This document shows positions 62,901 to 64,000 of a stretch of 64,000 nt of DNA, in pieces (position 1 is the first letter of the stretch; every line of letters starts with the position of its first letter). The notes beneath the pieces are model-generated. The model worked only from the letters and a program-made list of their open reading frames with translations. It did no database searches and was not told the DNA's origin. Both the position numbers and the translations under genes were made by a program. Source of the DNA: Sphagnum compactum (Eukaryota); assembly GCA_965153455.1 (NCBI GenBank), contig OZ234494.1:248001-312000 (forward strand). Direction: 5' to 3'.

Positions 62901-64000
62901 CTGAAACAAATATTCCAAAAGTTGTGCATTGAACACTACGTATAACATCAAAATTTACAACTTCCAATCCTCCATTTATTTTGAAGTTACTAATCTCTTG
63001 CTCACTTCATGACCCATGTTTTATGATGAGATTTTCTAAGGTTGTGAGCCAGCATGGGTCGTGATTTTCCCCAAAACACATTAGTCCTTTCTGGATTTCC
63101 TTGCATCTTAGCACTTGAGATATTGGCCTCAACATTTGAAACAAGCCTTGAGCTATGATAAAATTGATCCATCATCATTTTAGTATGAATGCTTTTGAAT
63201 TGCATATCCCCTTGCTGCCTTTCCCAATTGATCACATTCAATAGATGAAACTAATTGCCCTATTAATTCCTTATTTTCTTGGATTTCTTCCTTAAACGCA
63301 TATGCATATTCAAGTGTAAATGAGGTCTACAAATATTTTTCCCTAGATAGTTTGTCCCTTTGAGCATCAATGCCTTTTCAGCAACTCAATGTTTAGTCTC
63401 CAAGGATTGCACTTTCTCTTGTTCCAATTTATATATTTCATGTGTTGTAGACATTCGGCCTCAAGGTCTAGGCTTACTTCTTTTGTAGCAAACAATATCA
63501 TTCCATTCTTTTTTAGCATCCATCAACTGTTTTCTTTCCAATTCTAAGGCCTCCCTTTCTCTGCACATACAACGTTGAGAGATGTTCCGTAGGAGCATTT
63601 TCGTTACGTAATTAATATTTCAAAACTTGTTTGAACATGGATTTGGCCTAAAGTGTCAAATTGGTGAGGTGTGGTTGGATCTAGATACATGTTGGTTAAA
63701 ATAATGTTCTAAAAGAATATTTAACATTTTGCTACTTCACTAAAATGTGTTACATACAAAAAATTTATCCGTAATGTAACCCTGTCTTTGGGCCTCCATT
63801 CACCCCCTATCCCCTCTTTCAGTGGTATCCACAAAGTAAAGACATTTTAATAAATCTCAGTATGAAATGCTGATACTCAGCATTTAATGCACAAGGTTTG
63901 AGACAAATTATAGTAGTTGTGCCCTTGAGGCGGAGTGAAAATATATGTAGCAACAGTGGAGGCGCTCAAGAAAAAGGAAAGACATGATGAAACTCAATTT

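Overview
Eukaryotic, TE-rich land-plant genomic DNA. Plant TTTAGGG motifs, PLS-class PPR fragments and the repeat style suggest a bryophyte such as Sphagnum; this is inference. The only clearly intact long ORF is 39025-45483 (2152 aa, intronless). It has 60 perfectly phased 72-bp/24-aa NLR-type LRRs with a small alphabet of surface residues, no NB-ARC, kinase, signal peptide or TM helix, and an unannotated ~650-aa C-terminus. That C-terminus contains an amphipathic Ser/Thr-flanked beta-hairpin resembling beta-pore-forming toxins, so the gene is a candidate LRR-sensor/pore-executor. It sits between two copies of a direct segmental duplication (1-25682 vs 47517-62848). The right copy is a mosaic of broken genes: DUF760, purple acid phosphatase, PDR/ABCG, TPT1, PPR and possibly kinesin. 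The left copy has deletions (one filled by a telomere-repeat hairpin) and TEs: a decayed HLE2-type Helitron with DUF6570/Rep/PIF1/C48 protease, a 4-bp-TSD MITE, a CACTA with a minisatellite, and a full-length Copia. Also present are a non-autonomous Helitron with two 3' ends and an OCT-like transporter pseudogene. All calls were made by eye, without database searches.
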